Under the pieces are notes generated by a model. That model searched no databases, had not been told where the DNA came from, and worked only from the letters and a program-made list of their open reading frames with translations. Positions 27,129 through 39,778 of a DNA stretch of 64,000 bases are shown here, in pieces. Position 1 is the stretch's first letter, and the number at the start of each line of letters is the position of its first letter. Both the position numbers and the translations under genes were made by a program. This DNA comes from Octopus sinensis (lineage: Eukaryota): the NCBI RefSeq assembly GCF_006345805.1, contig NC_042999.1, positions 138,756,001 to 138,820,000 of the forward strand, written 5' to 3'.

Positions 27129-28103
27129 CACCCACATCCACACACACCCTCCCTACCGCTCCACCTGTCTGTCTGCCTTCGTACATAGAACGTCATCCAT
27201 ACAACCGCAGCGAGCGTCAAAACCTTGAGTGAATTTGTGACCTGAGTGGTATTTAGGGACCGTATATCTCATCAAAAATTAATATAGTGTAACATTGCAG
27301 CGTCTAGTGCTTTAGAACAGAAGGTAAGATCATGTTGAAGCGCGTCCATGGCCTAGTTCCATGGCTTAGTTTTAAAATAATTCACACTGAATACTCTTTG
27401 TAAAGGAATAAACGTAATAACTTCCCTCCCCACAACACAGGGCTTCAACATTGCAGTCGATAGAAGCTGATATTAATGATGCAATTACTGCTAATGCTGC
27501 TTTTATTACTATTGGTATTTTGATTTTTATTACTAAAAATAGTTTGTCGGCTGTTATTACATCTATCACTTTTATTAACGAGTGCTCTACATACTAGCTG
27601 CCGCTAATGCAATAGCTGATACTGATGTTGCTACTGATAGTGCAAACACAATAACAGTCGATTTGGCTGTAAATAGAAACCATGAAGCGGTATAGGTTAC
27701 TGCTATGTATAATTGAGGTGCTACATAGTTGACGGGTGATTCGTTACCTTGCAATGCTAACCTAAACTATGTCATGCGCTGCTTGGTGCCTTGGTGGATA
27801 TAATCAGTTGAATATTTCCCAGAACATAAAACTTCACCAAAACAACATCTTTCGAATTTTGTATTAGAACAGTTAGCCAATCAATCAAATAAGCGAGGCT
27901 GAATGTCTAACGATGCAATTAGAAATGACAACTAACCTCGCTGTTCCTATAAATTTCTTCGTACGAATTCTCACTAAACAATGGGTCCTCAAAAATTTAC
28001 TTCTTTCCCAGCTACTGCTTAATTTCCGTGAATCAACTCAAGAATTCTCTCCACATGCAAATGTTTGCATTATATTCCACTGGGTAATATAAAATAAAAT
28101 AAA

Positions 28104-28352
28104 TGCGCCCTTTTTAAAGCCTAGCCAGGCTCATGGGCCCGGTTTCCCGGTTTCTATGGCGTATGTGTTCCCCAGCTGGACGGGACGCCAATCCATCGCA
28201 GCATTACTCACTTTTGCCAGCTGAGTGAACTGGAGCAACGTGAAATGAAGTGTTTTGCTCAAGAACACAACGCGTCGCCCAGTCCAGGAATCGAAACCAC
28301 AATCTTATGATCATGATGCTGACACCCTAACCACTAAGCCACGCGCCTCCAC
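28104..28352 (-). mobile_element. CORE-like tRNA SINE
   Basis: Minus strand: GGAGGCGCGTGGCTTAGTGGTTAGGG head, B box GGTTTCGATTCC, CORE-like block. Confidence 0.75.
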
Positions 28353-28489
28353 ACTGACTAACATAGCTCTCACCTAAAGCAATTCAAATAAAGAAATACC
28401 TTTATTTCTCTTCTACTTCCCTACGACACGTCTTTTGTATGACATTCAAAGCCACATACTAGATAAACACCAAATATATAAGCCAGTGA

Positions 28490-28716
28490 GAGAGCCTCTA
28501 CGCAGTCACTCGATCTGCTAGAAATAACAACCAAATCTCCCTCGAATCGTACCTTGTCGTTCTTAAGTAAGAGCATATTGGGCCATATTGGACATTGTAG
28601 TTATAGATATACAAAAATATAGGATGGTTATGATAAGGATGCCTTTGATAGGCTACAAAATCAGGGCTGACCTGTGACTGAACAAATTCAACAACAACAA
28701 CAACAACAACAACAAC
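28490..28716 (+). mobile_element. Old retroposon 3' portion ending ...CAGGGCTGACCTG...(AAC)n
   Basis: Diverged relatives at about 22880-23060 (-), 38870-39100 (+) and 43390-43560 (-). The tail resembles the 134-bp tandem unit at 57 kb. Confidence 0.45.
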
Positions 28717-28724
28717 TGCTGCTG

Positions 28725-28785
<61 letters not shown>

Positions 28786-29700
28786 CTTCCGCTTTCGGAA
28801 GTTGTCCCATCTAGAAATTGTCTTCTGCATGTAACAATTTAAGCTGAACATGATCTGCTTTCACTTCACTAAACACGCCACCAATTCCAAGGGTGAGAAG
28901 CGAAATAACTGTGTAAATCTATTTTAAGATTTATAGTTCAAAAGACTTGTGTTGAAATTCATTACCGGTAATTTACTGTGACATCGGACAGTAGACTTGC
29001 TTATACGTGCCTCAGTTCCCCTCATACGTGTCATACTATGGGTGCAAACATTGGGGTATCATTACAAAGTTTGTTTCGTTACAAAGTGATTTGAGCTTCA
29101 GTCTTTCAACATGTACTTTGAGTCTCCCTTAGCTGCGAGTCTAGAAAAATGTTGCATAGATAGACGGAAACAGTGAGGAAACCTGAAAAAGGACAGTTTC
29201 TGTTTTTGGGATGGGTGGTAGACAATCCATCGGTTTAACATATTCACTTGATTGTTGGGTACTTTTAGCGGAGTTCATTTTGTGACAAGCGTCAAGCCAA
29301 TCTCTGGTTTCCTTCTATTAGTCTCAGGCCCTGAAAAGCTCATGGTTGCTGCTCTTTCTTCTCTGAATAAGCAATATAAAAATATGTTGCTTGACAGAAA
29401 CTAATGTCCTATATATAGAGAAATTTATCTCTCATCCACAGAATTAAACACCCGTTCTTAAAGGATCCTATCTGGACTTCTAGACATTGTTTCTAAATGA
29501 AAGGACTACTTAAGTTGCTGACGATGTCGACCAATAATAACTAGCGAGGTTAGTTGATGACAAAGAACAGCTTTAAAAAGATGTTATTGTTACGTAAATT
29601 ATGGTATATTGCATATAAGCAGATCAAAGCTATTAACGGACAGCAAGGACGGCAGAACGAACTTTAAATTAGTACAGCAGGACACGACATAACAGTTACA

Positions 29701-30113
29701 GGATCTTTTCGGTTTGAACGGCAGTTTTTAACATACTTTCTAGGTAACTAAAAAATTTTAAACTTCGTATACTGGTAGAATGTGTTTATAAAACATCTTT
29801 TTCTCTTGGCGTTATTGAGGAAATTCTATAGTTTGTAAAATATTTGTTGTTTTTTCTTCAATTTCTGCAATTTCAACCAATCACTGACGTCCATTGAGGT
29901 AAACAACATTCTGTGCCGTATGAATATGTCCCTCGTTTAAGAAACAGATTGGGTTTATTTACATTTCTGAAGAAAAAAATATACCCTTCCCCACCCCTAA
30001 CCCTAAACCTAAAATAGATTGAAATGCAATAGATCGATACTAGGGTCATAATTATGGGTGACAATTTCATATGACACCGCTAGAAAAAACTGCCGTTCAA
30101 ACCGAAAAGATCC
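29701..30113. mobile_element. Merlin-type MITE (413 bp)
   Basis: Perfect ~29-bp TIR GGATCTTTTCGGTTTGAACGGCAGTTTTT. Exact 8-bp TSD CAGTTACA at 29693-29700 and 30114-30121. GG termini with an 8-bp TSD fit Merlin/IS1016. Confidence 0.75.
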
Positions 30114-31004
30114 CAGTTACAAATGAATTATCCTTTTGAGATCGTGGGCGATGACGTTATGTCTTTCTGTCTTTTTATCTAACATTTTTTTTATGTTGAT
30201 GTAGTAGATGTTCTGAAAGCACAGCACAATGAATCTTTAGACTCCCAGAGGGAGTTGGAGCAAGTAGGAAACGCATATTTCAAACTGAAGAGTATCAGAC
30301 ATATTTGCCTATAGGTGTTCAACTGTTTATATACAAATGGGAGCCTAAAAAAGTCACCATCTATAAACAAAAAATACCAGCCAGCCAATATTAAAAATAC
30401 TTATCTGATGATATAAACGGACTTCTAAGAAGAGAGGAAGAAACCAAGAGAAAGAGGTCGAGCGGACGAGTTAACACTGAAGTTTCTTCTTATGCACACA
30501 TAGACAGACGCATCTATGTATACGTAAAGGTGTGTTTAGAAATTTACACACAAACACTTATTCCCCTTTATGTGTGAATTACGTATACATACATATAGAA
30601 ACAAGCATATTTCTTTAATGTATTTGCATGTATGCGTGTACATCTGTGCATTTCTCTTTGTGTGTGTATACGTACGCACTTTCTTTTAAGCAACTTTTAG
30701 TTTATGTAAGTACTAGAACTAGAACTGAAAGTCTTAGGCGACATCTAATATTATGATCAGACACACGTAAACAATAAATTAAACTGGGAATTGGTGAGGC
30801 AGTGATTTATCTGGTTACATTTTGTACATTTGTGGTTCATATGTTTCTTACATGCCTGATTTATTTATTTAACTTATTGTCATGCAATTAATTACCACAC
30901 ACATATATACATATATTTCTGCACACTCATGCCCCCACACACAGTGCATCAGGAAATCTCGAAAAAAAAGTCTCTATACTTCCAGAATAAAACGGAATTT
31001 ACAT

Positions 31005-31335
31005 TCATCATCATCATCATCGTTCGACCGTGGTTGAGACAATGGAATTTACTATGTTACGCCAGACTTCACGGTCCATCATAGCATTACGGAGGTCCTG
31101 TTGCTGGATGCCTGTATCCCTGGAGATTACATCAGGGTAGGAGAGTGTGCGCCCTCTGGTATCGTGAGCAAATGGCTTCCAGAGGAGAAGAGTAGAAATC
31201 ACCTCGTTTTCAGCTCTACAACAATGTCCAGCAAACTGGACTCTTCTACCTTTCACAAGAGATGATACAGGTGGTAAATTCCCATATATTTGTCCTTTGG
31301 TTGGATGACGCTTCCACGAGAGACTATGGAATTCA
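31005..31335 (-). mobile_element. RTE-clade LINE 3' fragment
   Basis: GQIYGNLPPVSSLVKGRRVQFAGHC...LLLWKP...AMMDREVWRNIV, followed by a (TGA)n tail. Confidence 0.8.
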
Positions 31336-31744
31336 CATTCAAGTAGATGCATCAAAAAATTAGGGCATTTAGCAAAATCAGTCTCAGCCCCGATAATAGC
31401 TCAGAAGAGAATGCATGCCAGGGTCAGTTGATCCCGCACTCATGCCGTCTACTGTGACATTTGAAACGAATCCTAGGTACTGTGAAACTGTTACCACCAT
31501 TTGATGACGCCTTAGAGACAACAGTCTGGGTAGTTCAAATCAGTAGAGCTAGGAGGTCACATACTGGCTGTGCTTGAATATTATCGAGCCTGATTATTCT
31601 TGTGCACCATAAATATGATACTGAGCTCAACCCTCATCAATTTGCTGGGGATGTCGTTGATGACGCCTTGATGGTGATAAATTCTGCTTTCACTAAGATA
31701 CATATTTTTCATTGATGTAAACCGCTCAAATCTACCACGACTTT

Positions 31745-31938
31745 TGAACTACAGTTCAAAATAAGGAACTATGTACATTATTTACATTCGACGGATATTT
31801 GTCCTCATCTTGTTTGTTGTTAACACAACGTTTCGGCTGGTATACTTTCTTCAGATGTCTTGGGGAAATTTCGAACCTGGCTTCTGATTCATAAGGTATA
31901 TTTCGATGTTATTATTGTTGTTGTTGTTGTTGTTGTTG

Positions 31939-31999
<61 letters not shown>

Positions 32000-32078
32000 A
32001 GTCATTGCTTGGAATCGAACTCGGAATCTTGGGGTTATTAGCCCGCACTTTTAACCACTACGCCATATGCCCGTGAGC
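31745..32078 (-). mobile_element. tRNA-headed SINE with internal (AAT)n/(AAC)n and hammerhead-type 3' tail (family B)
   Basis: A box TGGCGTAGTGG (32055-32065) and B box GAGTTCGATTCC (32011-32022). Microsatellite at ~31911-31997. Tail contains CTGAAGA...CAGCCGAAACGTTGTGTT. Confidence 0.75.
31822..31859 (-). ncRNA. Hammerhead motif, family B (core intact, stem II partly deleted)
   Basis: GACAT-CTGAAGA-AAGTATACCAGCC-GAAAC-GTT^GTGTT. Compare the intact stem II at 35053-35098. Confidence 0.5.
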
Positions 32079-32165
<87 letters not shown>

Positions 32166-32230
32166 TAATAATAATAATAATAACAATAATAATAATAATA
32201 ATAATAAAATAATAATAATAATAATAATAA

Positions 32231-34924
32231 GATTTGCCGGAGATAAAAGAAAAGCTGAAGCAAGATATCCTTGCCAAAGCTCAAAGGATCCGCCGGTACG
32301 AGAAACGCCAACGCTTCTTTGAACAGAACAAAAAGTTCAACTCCGACCCCAAAAAGTTCTACCAAGAACTGGGCAAAAATAAAATAGAAGTCACTGCAGC
32401 ACCAACGGCAGAAGAATTGGAAGAATTCTGGAGAGAAATATGGTCGGCGAACGAACAGCCAAAAAAAAGGAGTATGAAAATAACAAACTCGGCATCTGAA
32501 CAACTTTGGACCCCCATAACAACTGAAGAGGTCACCCAGGCACTGCAAAAACTAAGCAACTGGAAGGCACCTGGGCATGACAAGATCCCCAACTTCTGGT
32601 TGAAATATCTAACAGGAATGCACAAAAAGCTGGCTGAAAACTTTAACAGCATACTAGCAGAGCCAGAGACAATGCCTGAATGGCTCACGAAGGGGAAAAC
32701 CATCTTAATTCCCAAATCAAATGAAACAAAAAAACCAGAAAACTACAGACCAATAACCTGCCTCCCTACTATGTTCAAGGCATTTACTGCAGTGATATCG
32801 CAAAGGCTGAACAAGCACCTGGACGAAAACAAACTGTTCCCAGAAGAGCAGAAAGGATGCCGCAAGGGCTCATATGGCTGTAAAGATCAACTAATGATTA
32901 ATAAAGCCGTAACTGAAGACAGCCACAGAAAGAAGAAAGGCCTCAGTATGGCCTGGATTGACTACAAAAAGGCGTTTGATAGCATCCCCCACACATGGAT
33001 CCTCGAAACACTAGCCATTAACAAAGTAGCACCAACAATCATAAAATTCATAGAGCACTCTATGAATAAATGGCAAACAGTCCTACACCTCCAAACAAAA
33101 GAGGGACTCATGAAAACCAAAGACATCCCCATTAGAAGAGGAATATTCCAGGGAGACACGCTCTCTCCACTCCTTTTCTGCTTGGCACTGTCACCTCTAT
33201 CTGATATGCTAAATAGAACTGGATGCGGATATAAATGTTACGGCAAAACGATCAGCCACCTTTTATATATGGATGACCTAAAACTATACGCTGCAAATGA
33301 CAAACAGCTGGAAACACTATTAAAGACAGTTCATGGATTTACCAAAGAAATAGATATGAAATTTGGATTAGAAAAATGCGCCAAAGTAACCATGAAAAGA
33401 GGAAAACTAGTTAAGAGTAACAACATCACACTAGATAAAACCAATGAAATAAAAGAATTAGACCAAAGCCAAACTTACAAATACTTAGGAATCCATGAAC
33501 TAGATAAGACACAACACACACAAATGAAAGAGAAAATAAAAAAAGAATATTATAGACGAGTTAGATCAATACTAAAAACAGAGCTCAATGCTAAAAACAA
33601 GATAATAGGTATCAACACTTTAGCTGTCCCAGTTATAAGTTACAGCTACAATATCCTTAACTGGACACGAAATGAACTGTCCAAAATAGATAGGAAAACA
33701 AGAAAAATACTGACAGGATCTAGGATGCATCACCCAAAATCTGACATAGAAAGACTATATATACAACGTATAGAAGGTGGTAGAGGCCTTATACAGCTGG
33801 AAAACTACTATAAAATAACCACCATAGGACTGCAAAAATACCTACTTCAGAAGGAAGGAAAACTGATCCAGATAGCAGCAAAACACGAGCAAAACAAAAA
33901 CTGTTCTCAGTATTTAAGGAAGCTGACAAATACAAACAAGAAATCATACCACCTAATAAACACAAAGAAGAAGAAGAAGATGATGAAGAAACAACAAAAG
34001 CTATAAAACAAATGAAATCCAAACTAAAAATAGAACAGCAACGAGCCATGATAAAACGATGGCAAGAAAAGCCCCTTCATGGTAAATACTGCACTAAACT
34101 AAACGCAAAAGAAATAGACAAAGAAAAATCCCAGCAATGGTTGAGAAGCTCAGGACTCAAAGCAGAAACAGAGGGATTTTTAATTGCAGCACAAGACCAA
34201 AGCCTCCCCACCAGAAATTACCAAAAACATGTAATGAAAAGAAATATTACAAGTAACTGCAGAATATGTGGAGATGGACAAGAAACAATAAATCATATTA
34301 TCTCTAGCTGCCCAGTCCTGGCTAAGAAGGAATATATTCACAGACATGACAGAGTTGGAACCTACATACATTGGAAGCTATGCCAACATTATGGAATAAC
34401 AACAGAAAAAAGATGGTATAGGCACACACCAGAAAAGGTCACAGAAAACGAGAAAGCAACCATACTCTGGGATATGCCGATACACACAGATAGAGAAATT
34501 AAGGCCAACAGACCAGATATAGTTGTCAGAGATCATGAAGAAAAAAAATGCTTTCTAATTGATGTATCAATACCGGCAGATGACAACGTGTCTCTAAAAG
34601 AAATGGAGAAACTCTCAAAATACAAAGACCTAGAAATAGAGATAACTAGAATGTGGAATCTGAAAACAGAAACAATTCCTATCATAGTAGGTGCATTAGG
34701 CATGATAAAAAAATATTCAGACAAATACATAACAAAAACACCAGGACTTACAAACACATATAACATACAGAAAATTTCACTACTAGGCACTGCACACATC
34801 CTACGCAGAACACTTTCCATACAATAACCATCAGAGCATCACAACAAATCACAGCACATACCCAAGGCACACAGAGCTGCGCTCGGTAGTGAAGTGAAAG
34901 CACGCTATAAAAATAAAACTACTG
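32231..34924 (+). mobile_element. 5'-truncated R4/Dong-type non-LTR retrotransposon inserted in (TAA)n
   Basis: RT + CCHC + restriction-like endonuclease ORF and ~100-bp 3' UTR, with (AAT)n tracts on both sides. Dong elements of the R4 clade are known to target TAA repeats. Confidence 0.9.
32234..34827 (+). CDS. Reverse transcriptase - zinc knuckle - RLE polyprotein, one -1 frameshift in the A-run at 33896-33900
   Basis: RT motifs WIDYKKAFDSIPH, GIFQGDTLSPLLF and YMDD. Then HPKSDIERLY, CRICG...ETINHIISSC and RLE RPDIVV...IDVSIP...KE.EK..KY. Adding one A joins ORF 32234-34006 to ORF 34012-34827 in frame. Confidence 0.9.
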
Positions 34925-34934
34925 AATAATAATG

Positions 34935-35003
<69 letters not shown>

Positions 35004-35101
35004 TATCGAAAAATACCTTAGGAATGAAAACCCAGGTTCGAAATTTCCCCAAGACACCCGAAGAAGGCTGGAGCGTATATCAGCCGAAACGTTGTGTTAA
35101 C
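34925..35101 (+). mobile_element. Headless second arm of family B: (AAT)n + hammerhead tail
   Basis: 35004-35101 is an inverted copy of ~31820-31910. Confidence 0.75.
35053..35098 (+). ncRNA. Hammerhead motif, family B (stem II intact, core U4>C)
   Basis: GACAC-CCGAAGA-A-GGCTG gagcgtatat CAGCC-GAAAC-GTT^GTGTT. Confidence 0.55.
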
Positions 35102-35307
35102 ATTAGATCTTATTATCGGTTCTATATATTGTCGGTCGGTATCGGCAAAGAATAATCAGTTTTTCAATGAAATGAACCTGCAGCTCATTAAGTCATTGTG
35201 AAAGTGGCTGCGTATTCCACTGATATATATGCCTAAATATAATTCTCAGGATTTATCCGGCCCAATCCCCATGGCGAACCTCCGTACACTTGCTTGTTAG
35301 TCACACA

Positions 35308-35349
<42 letters not shown>

Positions 35350-36286
35350 ACACACACACACACACAAACACACACGATATACGTTTACATGCACACACAT
35401 ACACGCACATACGCGCGTGTCCACACATGCACATATATGTACACAAAAGTAAAAATGAAAAGAATTCACACTTATAAGGCCTGAAGAACACATCAACAAT
35501 CCATCCATATACGTAGCACATACGTGAATGTGTGTGTGTGTGCGTGTGTGTGTGTGTGCATGTATTTATGTACATACACACATATGTTGTGGTACTTTGC
35601 TAGAAGTAAATACTAAAAAAAATCTTAATCAGTTTCTTAAGTAAGTTTAATTCAGCAAATATTTTTCATTGATCGCATTTCCATAAGATAAATGAAATTC
35701 CGTATGTGTGGTCTGAGCAGCTTGATGGCTAGATATTTATATTAATATATATTTGGACGTGAAAAAAATCTGAAAGTCATTCAACCGTCAAATCTTATAT
35801 GTATGTCCTTTAAAGCTGTGTTACAGAGGAAATTCTATACTCAGACTCTTGAGATATTTTTTGAAGGTGCAAAGTGCTGAAAGGAAGTAAGTCGACTAAA
35901 CCGACCCCAAATTTGAATATACTTGATATTGTTCGAGTAGAAAGAATCAACTGTTATTCGTTCATTTTTTTCAGGTTTGGACCGGTGGAAGGGCCTAGAC
36001 AGCCTCTTTGTGACCGGTGAAATCGATGTTGTTAATTTTCTTAAAGAACCCCAAGTTGACGGCCGAGGGAAAAAAATGGACCGGGAAATAATTCCAGAAG
36101 GTGGGACTGGGAGAAGTTGTTAGTGTAGGGTCTAGTGTGAGAATGTGTATGCACTATTTTATAGGCATTTATCGACAAAAGTCGACTGTGTTAGTATTTG
36201 AACTTAAAATGTAACTTAGACATTTTATACCAATCTACCTCTGTGTCAATCATTTTATTAACACAGTGATATATAGTGCGATTATA

Positions 36287-36892
36287 GTTAGTTAGTTAGT
36301 TAGTTAATTTGGCTCAAAAGCAAATAGCAAGGCCATGTAGGGGGACATGGAGTTAAGTACAGAGTGGTGTTCATGTAAAGAGTTCAGGCCACTTGAGGTC
36401 AAAGGAGGCTTTGAACAAAGCGGTCGTCGGCATCTTCACCATCTCGTCTGGCAGCTTGTTCCACGGATCCGCAACCCGGACGGAGAAAGCTCCTCTCCTT
36501 CGATTGAGATGAAATCGTCGCAGGTAGAGCTTTTCGGAATGACCCCGCAGCCGACGCTCTGGAGCAGGAGTGAAGAACAGCTCTTTCGAGATGTTACACT
36601 TTCCGCTTATGATGTTATGGGCGAGAATGAGATCACCACGGCGGCGGCGTTTTTCAAGAGAATAAAGGTCGAGCGTCCTCAGCCTTTCTTCATAGGACAA
36701 ATTTTTGAGACCATGAATCATGCGGGTAGCCAGCTTCTGGACTCTTTCGAGATGCTGTATGTCTTTGAGGAGATAAGGAGGAGAGGCTTGAATCCCGTAC
36801 TCCAATATGGGTCTCACCAGCGTGACATAGAGTGGTAGGAATATGGCTGCTGTGAGCATTCCGAATGACCCTCGAATCAAGAACAGAATTCC
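36287..36892 (-). mobile_element. CR1-clade LINE, 5'-truncated 3' end with uninterrupted ORF remnant
   Basis: LYVTLVRPILEYG...LERVQKLATRMI..LSYEERL...RRRRGDLI...FSVRVADPWNKLP (ORF 36371-36880). Short 3' UTR and (TAAC)n tail. Confidence 0.9.
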
Positions 36893-37109
36893 AAACTAAA
36901 CCACCCCACTCAAAAAAAAAAAAAAAAAAAAAAAAATTGAGAATCGAAGCTGTTCACAGTTTCAATGCTTATTTGAAAGTCAATGAATTTTACTTACACA
37001 GCTGATATCATCGGAGTGGGGGACTATGAATGTCAATGCATTTAACTTCTTATAGAGACGTCATGTCAATTAAATAAGATGGAATCAGTATTTTGTAGCA
37101 ACGTCTTTC

Positions 37110-37878
37110 TTCTTTCGGGGACGATAAAATAATTACCAGATGAACACTGGGGTTGATGTAATCGACTTATTCCATCCTCCAAAACTGCTGGCCTTTTGCC
37201 AAAATTCGAAATCAATATTATATTGTAACATAAGGCGGCGAGCTGGCAGAAACGTTAGCACGCCGGACGAAATGCGTAGCCGTATTTAGTCTGCCGTTAC
37301 GTTCTGAGTTCAAATTCCGCCGAGGTCGACTTTGCCTTTCATCCTTCCGGGGTCGATAAATTAAGTACCAGTTGGGTATTGGAGTCGATGTAATTGACTT
37401 AATCTGTTTGTCTGTCCTTGTTTGTCCCTTCTGTATTTAGTCCCTTGAGGGTAGTAAAGAAATAGGTATTAAAGGCGGCGAGCTGGCAGAATCGTTAGCG
37501 CGCTGGATGAAATGCTTCGCGGTATTTCATCTGCCGTTACGTTCTGAGTTCAAATTCCGCCGAGGTCGACTTTGGCTTTCATCCTTTCGGGGTCGATAAA
37601 TTAAGGACCAGTTACGCACTGGGGTCGATATAATCGACTTAATCAGTTTGTCTGTCATTGTTTGTCCCCTCTGTGTTTATCCCCTTGTGGGTAGTGAAGA
37701 AATACGTATTTCGCCTGTCTTGACGTTCTGAGTTCAAATCCCTCCGAGGTCGACTTGGTCTTTAATCCTTTCGTGGTTGATAAAATAAGTACCACTAAAA
37801 CACTGGGGTCAATGCAATCAATTTACCCACCATCCACCACAAATTTGCTGGTCATGTGTCAAAAATTTAAATCAATAT
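37110..37878 (+). mobile_element. Cluster of four S1 SINE units (one tail fragment, two full copies at 37234 and 37474, one headless)
   Basis: Repeated S1 heads and cores in tandem, with alternating alpha and beta tails. Confidence 0.85.
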
Positions 37879-38440
37879 TATAAAACATTTCAACTAATTT
37901 TTTTCAGAGACTTCATCTTTCGCGCTGTTGATGTTCAGCTGTGTCAGTATGAAATCAGTATCTGATATGCAATAATTATTCTACTGCATGACCAGGTATC
38001 ATCTCTAACCAACTGCTAAATGCTGATTATAGTAAACATTGCGATAAATAACTTCGTACGTTTCCTTCCAAATCCAGAATGTGGTTTAATTCTATTTTCC
38101 TATTGTTAATAAGGTGTCGTTGTATTATATATTCGATGTCGCAATAGTTATGAAGAATCTGTAAACTTATTGCAACTGAAAACCGCGACCCAGATTTAAT
38201 TCTCGAGAAGCCATTTCGCGTACAAGTTATTTTTGCTTAACTCGCAGAACATATGCCATAGTACAGTTACTGTATTGTTCCGTATTTTAGGAATAAATCT
38301 CTAGACATAATAATACAAATACACACACACACACATTACATATGTGAATACATACATATACACACGCATATATTATATATGTATGTATATATAATCTATG
38401 TATGGGTGTGTTTGTATACATACATACATATATACATACA

Positions 38441-38474
<34 letters not shown>

Positions 38475-39566
38475 GACACACACACACACACACATATATA
38501 TATTTATATATACACGCGCATAAACTTCTAGCAAAGTTGATGATTCATGCCATCGTCACTCAGAGTTTCACGCATGTATGTGTTCGTTTAGACGACAAAC
38601 AGAAAACTCTCTTACACATGCACAAACACACACTCACGCACGCACCACACACACACACACACACACACACAGAAATATATCATGTCCTAAAAATGCGAAT
38701 CAAATGCTCGCTGGACAATAAAATAGACATAACTCTTACTGCTAAGTAAAGTCAATCGTTGCCAGCAAAATAAAATCATAAGAATATAGAAAAGCTGTTG
38801 GGTTACCAAGTACAGGAATCCATCAGTTAACCTATATACACTGGTAAATCGTATGTATTCAATATAAACATAAGCCTATACGAGTCAATGAGAGGATAGG
38901 CGCCTGATATTTTCATGTGCTAGAAATACTAATCAAATTTTAGTCAAATTACGTCCTACCGTTTAAAAAACAAAGGAAGGACGTGTTGAATAGTATAGTA
39001 ATTAAATTACTAGGCCTGGAAGAAAAAAGACGATATTTACGACTGGAATGACTGCTCAATAAAGGTTAACTTGAGATTAAACAACAACAGCAATAACAAC
39101 AACAATAACAACAACAGCAGCATCAGCAGCCGTTCAAGAATTTGGACCTGGAGATCTCCATTTCCAGCGACTTCGAGGGCCACCTTGCAGTGATGTCGGG
39201 CGTCAACGAAGAGCACGCGACTACAAGACGACCAAAGTTTTTTTTTTCCAAGGTCTGGAGTCTCCCGCCCCTAAGCCCTAGACCATCACCTAATCACCGT
39301 TACCCGTCTTGTTGCTTAACAACAACAACAACAACAACAACAGCAGCAGCAGCAGCAGCATTAGCAACTTACACCAGCTGCAGCAATATCAACGAGAGCA
39401 GCAACAAATTGTTGCTCCTGAGTTACAATGGTTGTTTAATCCCAAGATGGACCTTATTGGGCAGCTGTTCCAGTTGTAAAACAAGACACACACTGCCAAT
39501 GCAATCAAATGAATTTCGCCCAAATTGCATTTTCCTGAAAAAGTGAAAAAAGTAAATTTGCATAAT

Positions 39567-39778
39567 CTTTTCTGCTATAGGCACAAGGCTTGAAATTTTT
39601 GGAGAAGGGGTAAGTCGATCGCATCGACCCCAGTACTCAACAGGTACTTAATTTATCGACCTCGAAAGGATGAAAGGCAAAGTCGACCTTGGCGGAATTT
39701 GAACTCAGAACCCAGGGGCAGACGAAACACTGCTAAGCATTTCGCCTGACGTGCTAATGATTCTGCCAGCTCGCTGCC
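39567..39778 (-). mobile_element. S1 SINE, tail beta
   Basis: Reverse complement of the S1 head, core and tail. Confidence 0.85.

Noticed and set aside
31998-32072. Functional tRNA gene
   Set aside because: A and B boxes are present but the acceptor stem does not pair. This and the other tRNA-like heads are SINE heads.
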